DNA of 64,000 nucleotides from assembly GCA_011375175.1 (NCBI GenBank), contig DRME01000063.1, positions 12,182 through 76,181 on the forward strand, read 5' to 3'. Of the stretch, positions 47,805 through 57,347 are shown piece by piece. Position numbers and translations under genes: made by a program. A model generated the notes under the pieces. That model saw nothing but the letters and a program-made list of their open reading frames with translations. It had not been told where the DNA came from and made no database searches. The stretch comes from Deltaproteobacteria bacterium. GTDB taxonomy: Bacteria; Desulfobacterota; GWC2-55-46; DRME01. Numbering within the stretch: the stretch's first letter is position 1; every line of letters begins with the position of its first letter.

Positions 47805-49139
47805 ATGCTCGAAGGTCTTTCCGAAAAACTGCGCCGGGTGCTCAAGGGGGTGAGGGGCCAGGGGACCCTCACGGAGTCGAACATAAAGGAGGCCCTGCGC
47901 GAAGTGCGCATGGCGTTGCTCGAGGCGGACGTCAACTTCGCGGTCGTCAAGGAATTCACGGCGGCCGTGAAGGAGAAGGCCATGGGCGGGGAGGTGCTGG
48001 CGAGCCTTACGCCGGGGCAGCAGTTCACCAAGATCGTGAAGGACGAGCTCACCCGTTTTCTCGGCGGCGCCGCGGCGGAGCTCGAGCTGAAGGGGCGTCC
48101 CGCGGTCATCATGATGGTGGGACTGCAGGGCTCCGGCAAGACGACCACGACGGCCAAGCTGGCACGTTTTCTCAAGGGCCGCGGCAGAAGCCCCCTCGTC
48201 GTCGCCGCCGACCTCGTGCGGCCCGCGGCGGTGCTCCAGCTCCAGAGGCTCTCCAGGGAGGTGGGGGCGGACTTCTTCGACATCGGTGACATGAAGGACC
48301 CCGCCTCCATATGCGCCGAGGCGCTGAGGGTGGCGGCCATCAAGGGTTACGACACGATGCTCGTCGACACGGCCGGCCGCCTCCACATCGACGACGGCCT
48401 CATGGAAGAGCTCAGGACGCTCAAGTCCATACTCAAGCCCTGCGAAACACTCTTCGTCGCCGACGCCATGACGGGACAGGACGCGGTGAACACGGCGGGC
48501 GGCTTCCACGAGGCCATCGACATAACGGGCGTGGTGCTCACCAAGCTCGACAGCGACGCCAGGGGCGGCGCGGCCCTCTCCATGCGCATGACCACGGGCA
48601 GGCCCGTGAAGTTCGTGGGCCTGAGCGAGAAGATGGACGGCCTGGAGGTCTTTCATCCCGACAGGCTGGCGGGACGGATCCTCGGCATGGGAGACGTGCT
48701 CACGCTCGTGGAGAAGGCCCAGGCCGTGGTCGACAGGGAGCAGGCCCGAAGCCTGGAGCGCAAGATCCGCAGGGACGCCTTCACGCTCCAGGACTTCAAG
48801 GACCAGCTCCGCCAGATAAGGAAGATGGGCTCGCTCGACTCCATCCTCTCCATGATCCCTGGCTTCGACGCCCTCAAGAAATCCAAGGGACTGACGGTGG
48901 ACGAGCGCGAGTTCAAGGTCGTGGAGGCCATAATCGACTCCATGACCGTCAAGGAGAGGCTCAATCCCGCGTGCCTCAACGCAAGGCGCAAGCAGCGCAT
49001 AGCGGCGGGCAGCGGCACCACCGTGCAGGATGTGAACAGGCTCATAAAGCAGTACGACCAGATGCGAAAGCTCATGAAGCGCTTCAGCAAGAAGGGGGCC
49101 AGGGGCCTGAAGGGGCTCTTCCAGGGCCTGGGACGCTGA
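47805..49139 (+). CDS. ffh: Signal recognition particle protein Ffh
   Basis: It has MLEGLSEKLRRVLKGVRG…, an NG domain with GLQGSGKTTT and DTAGRL, and a methionine-rich M domain. Confidence 0.9.
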   Translation: MLEGLSEKLRRVLKGVRGQGTLTESNIKEALREVRMALLEADVNFAVVKEFTAAVKEKAMGGEVLASLTPGQQFTKIVKDELTRFLGGAAAELELKGRPAVIMMVGLQGSGKTTTTAKLARFLKGRGRSPLVVAADLVRPAAVLQLQRLSREVGADFFDIGDMKDPASICAEALRVAAIKGYDTMLVDTAGRLHIDDGLMEELRTLKSILKPCETLFVADAMTGQDAVNTAGGFHEAIDITGVVLTKLDSDARGGAALSMRMTTGRPVKFVGLSEKMDGLEVFHPDRLAGRILGMGDVLTLVEKAQAVVDREQARSLERKIRRDAFTLQDFKDQLRQIRKMGSLDSILSMIPGFDALKKSKGLTVDEREFKVVEAIIDSMTVKERLNPACLNARRKQRIAAGSGTTVQDVNRLIKQYDQMRKLMKRFSKKGARGLKGLFQGLGR

Positions 49140-49229
49140 GGCCCCGCCGCGCGCTTCATGCACCGGGACGCCGTGTCTTGCCCTGCGGCGTTCCCGCTGA
49201 AAATCCACGATGAAAGGAGGTGATGACTG

Positions 49230-49496
49230 TTGGCGGTAAGGATAAGGCTTGCGAGACACGGACGCAAGAAACGGCCGTTTTACCGTATAGTTGTTGCTGA
49301 TGCGAGCTCTCCGCGAGACGGCAGATGCATCGAAGTGGTAGGCACTTACGATCCTAATCACGATCCGGCTGCTGTTGACCTCAAAGCTGAAAAGATTGTC
49401 GCCTGGCTCAAGAAAGGCGCGAGTCCCTCTGAGACGGTAAGGCAGATCTTGAAGAAGGCAGGGGTAGGGATACAGAAAGCTGGAGGTGCTGGATGA
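49230..49496 (+). CDS. rpsP: 30S ribosomal protein S16
   Basis: TTG start 8 nt after AAAGGAGG. The sequence is [24 protein letters not shown]…. Confidence 0.9.
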   Translation: MAVRIRLARHGRKKRPFYRIVVADASSPRDGRCIEVVGTYDPNHDPAAVDLKAEKIVAWLKKGASPSETVRQILKKAGVGIQKAGGAG

Positions 49497-49723
49497 AGGA
49501 TCTGATAGAGACTATCGCAAAGGCACTGGTGGACCATCCAGAACAGGTCAGGGTGACGGAGGTCGAGGGCGAGCGCTCCTCCGTCATCGAGCTTTCGGTG
49601 GCCAAGGAGGACCTCGGCAAGGTCATAGGCCGGGAAGGCAAGACGGCCAAGGCCATAAGGACCATACTGACGGCCGCCTCCACGAAGTTGAAGAAACGCT
49701 CCGTACTCGAGATCATTGAGTGA
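49493..49723 (+). CDS. KH-domain RNA-binding protein (YlqC/UPF0109 family)
   Basis: 76 aa with …[16 protein letters not shown]… (the KH GxxG loop). It sits in the conserved position between rpsP and rimM. Confidence 0.8.
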   Translation: MKDLIETIAKALVDHPEQVRVTEVEGERSSVIELSVAKEDLGKVIGREGKTAKAIRTILTAASTKLKKRSVLEIIE

Positions 49724-50228
49724 AGGGAAGGGGCTCGTCGTCGCAGGGCGCATAGTCGGCGTGCACGGCGTGAGGGGCGAGTTGAAGCTCGCGCCCTACG
49801 GGGACCCCGAGGCGTTCGACTTCAGGGAGGTCTCCGTATCGGCCGGAAGGCGTCTGCGCACCCTCGGGGTAGAGAGGGCGAGGGTGCACAAAGGGCGCAT
49901 ACTGCTCAAGCTCCGCGGCCTCGACGACCGCAACGCGGCCGAAGGGCTCGTGGGGGCCGAGGTCCTCGTGGAGAGGGCGGCCCTGCCGCGGCTCGCCGAA
50001 GACGAGTACTACCAGTGCGAACTCCTGGGACTCCGTGTCTGGACCGAGCAGGGAAGGCTGCTCGGCGTGGTGAAAAACATCATCGCTACGGGCGGCAACG
50101 ACGTCTACGAGGTCGAGGGTCCCGGGGGAGAGATCCTTATACCAGCAATAAAAGAGGTCGTCAGGACCGTCGATGTCGAGGGCGGCAGGATCACCGTGAG
50201 GCTCATGGAGGGGCTCGGCGGCGACTGA
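49716..50228 (+). CDS. rimM: Ribosome maturation factor RimM
   Basis: It has …[14 protein letters not shown]… and a PRC barrel. The gene order rpsP–KH–rimM–trmD fits. Confidence 0.85.
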   Translation: MSEGKGLVVAGRIVGVHGVRGELKLAPYGDPEAFDFREVSVSAGRRLRTLGVERARVHKGRILLKLRGLDDRNAAEGLVGAEVLVERAALPRLAEDEYYQCELLGLRVWTEQGRLLGVVKNIIATGGNDVYEVEGPGGEILIPAIKEVVRTVDVEGGRITVRLMEGLGGD

Positions 50229-50338
50229 CGCCCCCCAGACGGTGCGGCGGACCGCGCAAAGGGGCGTTTTTGTCCCTGCGGCCCCGTGGAAGGCCGGCAA
50301 CGGCCCCCGAATATTTCGACATAACGACCGGCTCGACC

Positions 50339-51058
50339 ATGCGTTTCGACATATTGACGCTCTTTCCGGCCTACTTCGATTCGCCGCTCAAGCAGAGCGT
50401 TCTCGGCAGGGCGGCGCAGCGCGGGCTCATAGAGGTGCGGACCCACGATATAAGGGACTTCGCCCGTGACAGGCACAGGACCACCGACGACAGTCCCTAC
50501 GGCGGCGGTGCGGGCATGGTCATGAAGGTCGAGCCCGTTGTGGCCGCCATAGAGTCGCTCGTCGGCCCGAGGGAGCCGGGCGTGCGGGGCGCCTCCGCCG
50601 GCGAACGGGTCGTGATGCTCACCCCGCAGGGCGAGCCCTTCGACCAGGCCATGGCCTCGAGGCTTGCCGCCCTCGAAAGGGTCGTACTCCTGTGCGGCCG
50701 CTACGAGGGCTTCGACGAGCGCATAAGGGCCTTCGTCGACATGGAGCTCTCGGTGGGCGACTACGTGCTCTCCGGCGGCGAGCCGGCGGCCCTCGTCGTC
50801 GTCGACGCCGTGGCGAGGCTCGTCGAGGGAGTGCTCGGAAACTCCGCGTCGGCCCTGACCGACTCCTTTTCGTCGGGGCTGCTCGAACACCCGCACTACA
50901 CGAGGCCCGATGAGTTCAGGGGACTGACCGTCCCGGCGGTGCTCCTCTCCGGCGACCACGGGGCCATCGAGCGCTGGCGCAGGGCCGAGAGTCGCAGGCG
51001 CACGCTGCAAAGACGGCCCGACCTCGCGGCCCGGGGCGCAAGGCTGGGGGGACGGTGA
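50339..51058 (+). CDS. trmD: tRNA (guanine37-N1)-methyltransferase TrmD
   Basis: It has [17 protein letters not shown]…, [13 protein letters not shown] and …[12 protein letters not shown]…. Confidence 0.9.
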   Translation: MRFDILTLFPAYFDSPLKQSVLGRAAQRGLIEVRTHDIRDFARDRHRTTDDSPYGGGAGMVMKVEPVVAAIESLVGPREPGVRGASAGERVVMLTPQGEPFDQAMASRLAALERVVLLCGRYEGFDERIRAFVDMELSVGDYVLSGGEPAALVVVDAVARLVEGVLGNSASALTDSFSSGLLEHPHYTRPDEFRGLTVPAVLLSGDHGAIERWRRAESRRRTLQRRPDLAARGARLGGR

Positions 51059-51173
51059 GCCGCCAGGGGCTCCATGTAGAGGCAGGGACCCTCTGAGCGG
51101 TGATTATTCTACGATCAACAGTCAGTTGCGGCTTTTAGTTGAAGCGGTACATGAATAGGGAGGATGTGGTGAC

Positions 51174-51515
51174 ATGGCAACCGTAGGCGATATCGAAAAA
51201 GAATTTCTCAGGACCGACCTGCCCGACTTCAGGCCCGGGGACACGGTGGTCGTCAACGTGAGGATCAAGGAGGGCGAGAAGGAGAGGATCCAGGCCTTCC
51301 AGGGCACGGTCATAAGGAAGCGCGGCGGCGGCACGGGCGCCACCTTCACGGTCAGGAAGGTCTCTTACGGCATCGGTGTGGAGAGGATATTCCCCCTCCA
51401 CTGCCCGTCCATCGAGTCCGTCAAGGTGCTCAACCGCGGCAAGGTCCGCCGCGCAAGGCTCTACTACCTGCGAAACCTCAAGGGCAAGGCCGCAAGGATC
51501 AAGACAAGGCGCTGA
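51174..51515 (+). CDS. rplS: 50S ribosomal protein L19
   Basis: 113 aa with …[29 protein letters not shown]…. Confidence 0.9.
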   Translation: MATVGDIEKEFLRTDLPDFRPGDTVVVNVRIKEGEKERIQAFQGTVIRKRGGGTGATFTVRKVSYGIGVERIFPLHCPSIESVKVLNRGKVRRARLYYLRNLKGKAARIKTRR

Positions 51516-51572
51516 GACCGCGGCACCGCGTCCCGTCTCATCCCGCCGCTCTTCACGCCGGAGGGGCACGCC

Positions 51573-52229
51573 ATGGCAGGGGAGAAAGCGTCGGCTCCGG
51601 GCCCCACCGCGGAGCTCGAGGCCCAGGCCCGAAAGATGGGGGTCGAGGCCGTGGCAGGCGTTGACGAGGCCGGACGCGGCCCCCTCGCTGGCCCCGTGGC
51701 CGCCGCGGCGGTGGTCTTCGCGGGCGCGCCGCCAGAGATCGGCATCGACGACTCCAAGAGGCTCGCGCCGCGGCTTCGCACGAGGCTCGCCGCCGAGATA
51801 TTCCGCACTGCCAGGGCCGTGGGCCTTGGCCTTGCCTGGCCGGCCGAGATCGACGGGCTCAACATCCACAGGGCGACCCTCCTCGCCATGGAACGGGCCG
51901 TCGCCCGCCTTGCTCCCGTCAGGCCACGGCTCCTGCTCATCGACGGCATCCACACAACGGCCCTCGGCGTCGAACAGAGGACCGTCAAGGGAGGCGACGC
52001 CAGGTGCCTCTCCATAGCCGCCGCCTCCATAGTGGCCAAGACGGCGCGCGACCGCATCATGGAGGCCTACGAGCGCATCTACCCGGGTTACGGCTTCGGC
52101 AGCAACAAGGGCTACGGCACGGCAAGACACATCGACGCCCTCCGCGCCCTCGGCCCCACGCCCATACACCGCAGGACGTTCCTCGGCAGGATTCTCGATG
52201 TCCGGAACCTTTCCGGCATCTCCCGGTGA
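51573..52229 (+). CDS. rnhB: Ribonuclease HII
   Basis: It has …AGVDEAGRGPLAGPV… and …DDSKRL… catalytic motifs. Confidence 0.85.
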   Translation: MAGEKASAPGPTAELEAQARKMGVEAVAGVDEAGRGPLAGPVAAAAVVFAGAPPEIGIDDSKRLAPRLRTRLAAEIFRTARAVGLGLAWPAEIDGLNIHRATLLAMERAVARLAPVRPRLLLIDGIHTTALGVEQRTVKGGDARCLSIAAASIVAKTARDRIMEAYERIYPGYGFGSNKGYGTARHIDALRALGPTPIHRRTFLGRILDVRNLSGISR

Positions 52230-52253
52230 ACACCCTTAGGCGAACATCTCCCG

Positions 52254-52625
52254 ATGAGCACCTCTGCGAACAGTGAGCTCGGCCGCCGCGGCGAGGACGA
52301 GGCCGCAAGGCTCCTCACGGCGAGGGGCTACAGGATACTCGCCCGCAACTACCGCACGCGCCGCGGCGAGGTCGACATAGTGGCCGCCGACGGAGACGCA
52401 ATCGTCTTCGTCGAGGTCAAGACCCGCGCCGGCGCCGGCTTCGGCGCCCCTGCGGCCGCCGTCGACGCCCGCAAGATGCGCCGCATGACGCTCGCCTCCC
52501 GCGCCTTCCTCGCCCTCCACGGTCTCGAGGACAGGCCCGCCCGCTTCGACGTGGTGAGCGTCGAGATCCGCGACGGCCGCACAAGGTGCGAGCTCATAAA
52601 AAACGCCTTCGATGCCCCCGACTGA
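52254..52625 (+). CDS. yraN: YraN family (UPF0102) putative endonuclease
   Basis: 123 aa with …GEDEAARLLTARGYRILARNYR…GEVDIVA…VFVEVKTR…. Confidence 0.8.
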   Translation: MSTSANSELGRRGEDEAARLLTARGYRILARNYRTRRGEVDIVAADGDAIVFVEVKTRAGAGFGAPAAAVDARKMRRMTLASRAFLALHGLEDRPARFDVVSVEIRDGRTRCELIKNAFDAPD

Positions 52626-52626
52626 C

Positions 52627-52658
52627 CTACTTTCTTTTTTGAAAAAAAAGAAAGTAGG
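52627..52658 (+). terminator. Perfect 15-bp-stem hairpin after yraN (possible terminator)
   Basis: cctactttcttttttGAaaaaaagaaagtagg. The stems are A/T-rich and there is no clean 3' U-tract, so function is uncertain. Confidence 0.35.
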
Positions 52659-52680
52659 CAAAGAAAAAACAATGGATCTT

Positions 52681-53075
52681 CATGGGCGTCGCGGTGTCGT
52701 CGGTACGCAAAGCGGCCCTCGTCTCCATCGCTCGTGCCTGCGCTCCTTCAGGGAAGGTGTTTGGGCAGGGAAAGACAGGGGTTCTTGATGGGGGTCGCGG
52801 CGGCGTCGGCGCGCAAGGCGGCCCTCGTCTCCATCGCTCGTGCCTGCGCTCCTTCAGGGAAGGTGTTTGGGCAGGGAAAGACAGGGGTTCTTGATGGGGG
52901 TCGCGGCGGCGTCGGCGCGCAAGGCGGCCTTCGTCTCCAGCGCTCGTGCCTGCGCTCCTTCAGGGAAGGTGTTTGGGCAGGGAAAGACAGGGGTTCTTGA
53001 TGGGGGTCGCGGCGGCGTCGGCGCGCAAGGCGGCCTTCGTCCCCATCGCTCGTGCCTGCGCTCCTTTAGGGGGCG
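52681..53075. repeat. Tandem direct repeat, 106-bp unit × ~3.7 copies (noncoding minisatellite)
   Basis: Units start at 52681, 52787, 52893 and 52999, with a period of exactly 106 bp and >90% identity. The period is not a multiple of 3. It generates three overlapping artefactual ORFs in the track. Confidence 0.85.
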
Positions 53076-53163
53076 TCTTCCTTCAGGGGTCTTGACGCCC
53101 TGCGGCGGATCTCTTCGGTTTTGATGCGGAATCGAGGGGAGTTGAGAGTCTTTTTCGGGGGGC

Positions 53164-53685
53164 TCAGCGGTCCCACATCCCCCTGCCGCCGCCTTCTTCG
53201 GGTTTGTCCTCGAAGGGCGAGCGGTCGATGAGCGGAACCGGGCGGCGCGGCTCTCGGGGCTTGGGGTGCGAGTCGGTGGAGGTCCTGATCTCCTCCACCG
53301 CCTCAAGGCGCATCCCCTCGAGGAGATCGACGGCCTCGGCCGCCCGTTTGCGCCCGTCCGGGTCGAGCCGCGGCGCAAGGGAGCGGAGCGAGTCGATAAG
53401 CGCCGCCGCGTAGTCGTCGAAGACCCTGGCCACGCGGCGCTGCCTGCGCGGTCCGGGCTCGTCGGACCAGCGGATGTTCCTGAGCATCCGCGCCGTCTCG
53501 TCGCTCCTGCGGGAAGCCTCCTCCATGGCCGGCGCGGCCTCGGGCATGAGGGGCTCCACGGCCCTGCCCAGCGCCGCCTCGAACTCGTCCACGTGCCTTA
53601 GCGCGATGGAGACGCAGTCGGTCTGCGCCGCGGCCGGCCGGGGGATGAGGAAGAAGGCGATAACGAGGATGGCGGTCGTCATAAA
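53164..53685 (-). CDS. Hypothetical secreted protein with signal peptide
   Basis: The ATG at ~53685 gives MTTAILVIAFFLIPRPAAAQTD…, a helical charged protein of ~174 aa. The longer track ORF N-terminus runs into the repeat element and is discounted. Confidence 0.45.
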   Translation of the reverse strand, partial: FMTTAILVIAFFLIPRPAAAQTDCVSIALRHVDEFEAALGRAVEPLMPEAAPAMEEASRRSDETARMLRNIRWSDEPGPRRQRRVARVFDDYAAALIDSLRSLAPRLDPDGRKRAAEAVDLLEGMRLEAVEEIRTSTDSHPKPREPRRPVPLIDRSPFEDKPEEGGGRGMWDR

Positions 53686-53699
53686 GGTATCCTGCCCGC

Positions 53700-53880
53700 G
53701 CCGGCTGCCTCGCGGGGGGCTGCACCGGGGGGGCGGCCCGCAAGGGCGTAAAAAATCCCGCCTGGCGCGGGCCGACCCCCCGGTGCAGCCGAAGACCCGA
53801 ATAACATACGATGGGGGGAAACGCGGGCCTGTGGCCCTTCTACGGAAGAAAATTTCCCCCGGTGCAATAATTATACAGAA
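53700..53880. repeat. Composite palindromic repeat, copy 4
   Basis: Contains gggggaaacgcgggcctgtggcccttctacggaagaaaatttccccc and …ccgaataacatacgatgggg, the reverse-complement of modules in copy 5. Confidence 0.7.
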
Positions 53881-53882
53881 AG

Positions 53883-56501
53883 GTGTCAGGGGTGTCAAAT
53901 CGTCGAGACGGTGATAGAAAGGTTCTCATGCTGGTGGACGGCAACTCCCTCGTCTACCGTGCTTACCATGCCATGCCCCACCTCACCGCGCCCGACTCCA
54001 CGCCCACGGGCGCGGTCTACGGCTTCACGCAGACCCTTCGAAAGCTCATGCGCGAGCACCGTCCCACCCACATGGCCGTGGCCTTCGATCTCAAGGGTCC
54101 CACGGTGCGCCACGCCCTCTACGGCGACTACAAGATCGACCGCCCGCCCATGCCCGGCGACCTGGCGCGGCAGATACCGGTCGTAAAACGCGTCGTCGAG
54201 GCCATGGGCGTGAAGGTGATGGAGATGGAGGGCTACGAGGCCGACGACATCATCGCCACGGCCGTCAAGGCGCTGCAAGACCCGGACGCCGTGGACATAA
54301 AGATAGTCAGCTCCGACAAGGACCTCTGCCAGCTCGTGGGCGAGGGCGTGGTCATGATCGACGCCGCCACCGGCAGGGTGCGGACCCCCGAGTACGTGCG
54401 CGGGAAGTTCGGCGTAGAGCCCGGACGGATCCCCGACTGGCTCGGCCTGGCCGGCGACCCCGCCGACAACATACCGGGCGTGCCCGGCATAGGGCCGCGC
54501 ACGGCGACGAGGCTCATAGACCGCCACGGCTCTATCGACGATATTTATGCAGACCTGTCAAAGATTTCGGGCAAGAAGCTGAGGGAAAATCTCGAAGAGA
54601 ACAGGGACCTTGCCTTCCTCTCCAAGGTCCTGGCCACCGTCATCACCGACGTGCCCCTGGACCTGGAGTTCGAGGGGCTCGAGATCGGCTCGGAGAGCGG
54701 CGACCTTGCGGCGCTTTATGCGGAGCTCGGCTTCGAGAGGCTCCTGCGCGGGCTGCGCGGCGGCGGCGACGGCCCGGACATCGACTATGAGACCATCGAC
54801 GGCGAGGGAGCCTTCGCTCGATTCCGCTCCGCCCTCGCCGGGCCGCTCGCCTTCTACCTCGACGACGCCGGCGGCGGGGCCCTGGCCTTCGCGTCCGCCG
54901 GCGGCGGGCTCTGGTACATGCCTCTCGGCGGAGAAGGGCCTTTGCCGCGGGGCCTTGCCTCGCTCATGGAGGACGGGACGGTCGAGAAGGTGACCGACGA
55001 CGCCAAGAAAGCCCACCTCTTCTTCCTGCGCCGCGGCGTGGCGCCGCGCTCGGTGGTGATGGACACCTCGCTCGCCTCCTACCTGCTCGATCCATCGAGA
55101 AGCGGCCACGCCCTGGAGACCGTGGCGCTGGAGCACCTCTCCAGGAGCCTTGCGCCCATGGAGGGGGGTGAGCACGGGGAGCTTTCCGAACGGGCGAGGG
55201 CGGCCCGGTGCTGCGAGCGGGCCTCGGTCCTCGGAGAGCTCGCGCCGCTTCTCGAGGCGAGGCTCGAAGAGGCGGACCTCTCGGCCCTTCTGCGGTCCAT
55301 GGAGCTGCCCCTTGCGCGCATACTGGCCCGCATGGAGCTTGCGGGCGTCAAGGTGGATACGGCGCAGCTCGAGATGCTTTCCCGCGAGATAGAGGGGCGC
55401 CTTGCCGCCATCGAGGAGGAGATATACAGGCACGCCGGCCGCAGGTTCAACATAAACTCGCCCAAGCAGCTCTCGGCGCTCCTCTTCGGCGAACTGGGGC
55501 TCAAGCCCCTCAAGAAGACGAAGACCGGCTACTCCACCGACGAGGGCGTGCTCACCGCCCTTGCGCCACTCCACGAGGTGCCGCGCCTCATAATCGAGTA
55601 CCGGGGCCTTGCAAAGCTCAAGGGGACCTACGTGGACGCCCTCGTCGCCCTCGCCGACCCGGCCACGGGCCGCATCCACACCTCGCTGAACCAGACCGTC
55701 ACCGCCACTGGCAGGCTTTCGAGCTCGAGGCCCAACCTGCAGAACATACCGGTTCGCAGCGAGCTGGGCCGCCGCATCCGCCGCGCCTTCGTGGCCGAGC
55801 GGGGCAGCGTGCTCCTCTCGGCCGACTACTCGCAGATAGAGCTGCGTCTCGTGGCCCACATGTCGGGCGACCCGGCGCTCATCGAGGCCTTCGGAAACGA
55901 CGAGGACATCCACACCGCCACGGCCGCCTCGGTCTTCGGCGTCCCGCCGGCCGAGGTCACCTCCGAGATGCGACGCAGGGCCAAGGCCATAAACTTCGGC
56001 ATCATCTACGGCATGGGCGGCTACGGACTCGCCAGGGAGCTGGGCGTGGCCGTCGCAGAGGCCGAGGCCTACATAGAGAGTTACTTCGCCCACTACGCCA
56101 GGGTGAGGGAGTTCATCGAGAGGACCGTGGAGCAGGCCGGGAGGCTCGGATGGACGACGACGCTCTTCGGCCGGCGGCGCATGATACCGGAGCTCGCAAG
56201 CGGCAAGGAGAACGTCGTCCGCCTCGGCGAGCGCATGGCCGTCAACACGCCCGTGCAGGGATCGGCGGCCGATATCATCAAGGCCGCCATGATAGCCGTC
56301 GACGGCGAGCTCGAAAGACGGGCCATGAGATCGCGCATGGTGCTCCAGGTCCACGACGAGCTCCTCTTCGAGGCACCCGCCGACGAACGCGACGAGCTCG
56401 AGGAGATCGTCAGGACCCGCATGGAGGGCGTCGTGCGCCTTGACGTCCCGCTGAAGGTCAATATCGGCACAGGTGCCAACTGGTGCGAGCTCGATGGCTG
56501 A
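53883..56501 (+). CDS. polA: DNA polymerase I
   Basis: It has a 5'-nuclease N-terminus (LVDGNSLVYRAYHA…), a middle region, and a family A polymerase domain (…RRRAKAINFGIIYGMG…, …QVHDELLFE…). The start is either the GTG at 53883 or the ATG at 53928. Confidence 0.9.
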   Translation: MSGVSNRRDGDRKVLMLVDGNSLVYRAYHAMPHLTAPDSTPTGAVYGFTQTLRKLMREHRPTHMAVAFDLKGPTVRHALYGDYKIDRPPMPGDLARQIPVVKRVVEAMGVKVMEMEGYEADDIIATAVKALQDPDAVDIKIVSSDKDLCQLVGEGVVMIDAATGRVRTPEYVRGKFGVEPGRIPDWLGLAGDPADNIPGVPGIGPRTATRLIDRHGSIDDIYADLSKISGKKLRENLEENRDLAFLSKVLATVITDVPLDLEFEGLEIGSESGDLAALYAELGFERLLRGLRGGGDGPDIDYETIDGEGAFARFRSALAGPLAFYLDDAGGGALAFASAGGGLWYMPLGGEGPLPRGLASLMEDGTVEKVTDDAKKAHLFFLRRGVAPRSVVMDTSLASYLLDPSRSGHALETVALEHLSRSLAPMEGGEHGELSERARAARCCERASVLGELAPLLEARLEEADLSALLRSMELPLARILARMELAGVKVDTAQLEMLSREIEGRLAAIEEEIYRHAGRRFNINSPKQLSALLFGELGLKPLKKTKTGYSTDEGVLTALAPLHEVPRLIIEYRGLAKLKGTYVDALVALADPATGRIHTSLNQTVTATGRLSSSRPNLQNIPVRSELGRRIRRAFVAERGSVLLSADYSQIELRLVAHMSGDPALIEAFGNDEDIHTATAASVFGVPPAEVTSEMRRRAKAINFGIIYGMGGYGLARELGVAVAEAEAYIESYFAHYARVREFIERTVEQAGRLGWTTTLFGRRRMIPELASGKENVVRLGERMAVNTPVQGSAADIIKAAMIAVDGELERRAMRSRMVLQVHDELLFEAPADERDELEEIVRTRMEGVVRLDVPLKVNIGTGANWCELDG

Positions 56502-56547
56502 GGGGCCCGCAGAGGGGCCGCCGTCCGTTGAAAAGTTAAAAAAAGTC

Positions 56548-56578
56548 TTGACCTTATGGGGGCTGATCTATTATATTC
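56548..56578 (+). promoter_or_regulatory. Putative sigma70-type promoter for the two-component operon
   Basis: TTGACC, then a 17-nt spacer, then TTATAT(TC) in an AT-rich patch ~120 nt upstream of the response-regulator ATG. Confidence 0.45.
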
Positions 56579-56699
56579 CAAAATATAACTCTATGAACCG
56601 GCCGCTCAAGTGTGTTATAATTTCTATAGCTGATGCGGGTTGGTCGCCCCGGCGCTTCGGGCCGCGGGGCAGGCGACAAACGGTAAGAGGGTGAAAGTA

Positions 56700-57305
56700 A
56701 TGGCGATGACTGTGAGAGAGGGCAAGCACAACGGTATCGAGAGGGACGACAAGCCGTACACGACCGGCGAGATAGCTTCCTTTTGTCATGTCACCATAAA
56801 CGCCGTGAAGAAGTGGATATCGTCGGGCAAGCTCAACGCCTTCCGCACGCCCGGCGGCCACTACCGCATAGAGCGCAGCGACTTCAAGGACTTCATAGAC
56901 CGTTACAGGCTTCACATCAAGGACGAGATATTCCCCGAAAAGCGCAAGATACTCATAATAGACGACGACCCGGCCATCGTCGAGTACCTCAAGGGCGCGC
57001 TCGAGATGATGGAGGACGACTTCGAGATAGAGACGGCCATGGACGGCTACGAGGCGCTCATAAAGGTGGGCGACTTCAAGCCCGAGCTGCTCATTCTCGA
57101 CATCAGGATGCCCAAGATCGACGGCTTCGAGGTCTGCCGCAGGCTGCGGGCCGACGACAAGACCCGGGGGACCAAGATACTGGCCGTCACCTCCTACGGC
57201 AACGAGGACATGGAGAACATCATCCGCTGCGGCGCCGACCAGTGCATCTCCAAGTCCCACAACCTCAAGGAGTTCCAGAAGAGCGTGGAAAAGCTTCTCA
57301 AGTGA
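56700..57305 (+). CDS. Response regulator with N-terminal excisionase/MerR-type HTH and C-terminal receiver domain
   Basis: The N-terminus is YTTGEIASFCHVTINAVKKWISSGKLNAFRTPGGHYRIERSDF. The REC domain is KILIIDDDPAIV…LLILDIRMPKIDGFEV…ILAVTSYG. Confidence 0.8.
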   Translation: MAMTVREGKHNGIERDDKPYTTGEIASFCHVTINAVKKWISSGKLNAFRTPGGHYRIERSDFKDFIDRYRLHIKDEIFPEKRKILIIDDDPAIVEYLKGALEMMEDDFEIETAMDGYEALIKVGDFKPELLILDIRMPKIDGFEVCRRLRADDKTRGTKILAVTSYGNEDMENIIRCGADQCISKSHNLKEFQKSVEKLLK

Positions 57306-57347
57306 CGGACTCCGCACCCGATGGGGAGACTCATGGGGTGAACCATC

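Noticed and set aside
52681-53124. Three overlapping small ORFs (52682–52894, 52734–53000, 52840–53124) encoding near-identical peptides; possible CRISPR array
   Set aside because: They arise from the 106-bp tandem repeat read in shifting frames. The repeat has no unique spacers between units and its unit is too long for CRISPR. No cas genes are nearby.
56473-56694. 73-aa ORF between polA and the response regulator
   Set aside because: It overlaps the predicted promoter, has no RBS, and has atypical composition. It is treated as noncoding intergenic sequence.
56700-57305. Excisionase-type HTH as evidence for a prophage or integrative element
   Set aside because: The HTH is fused to a receiver domain and paired with a histidine kinase. 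No integrase, attachment site or phage genes are in the window.
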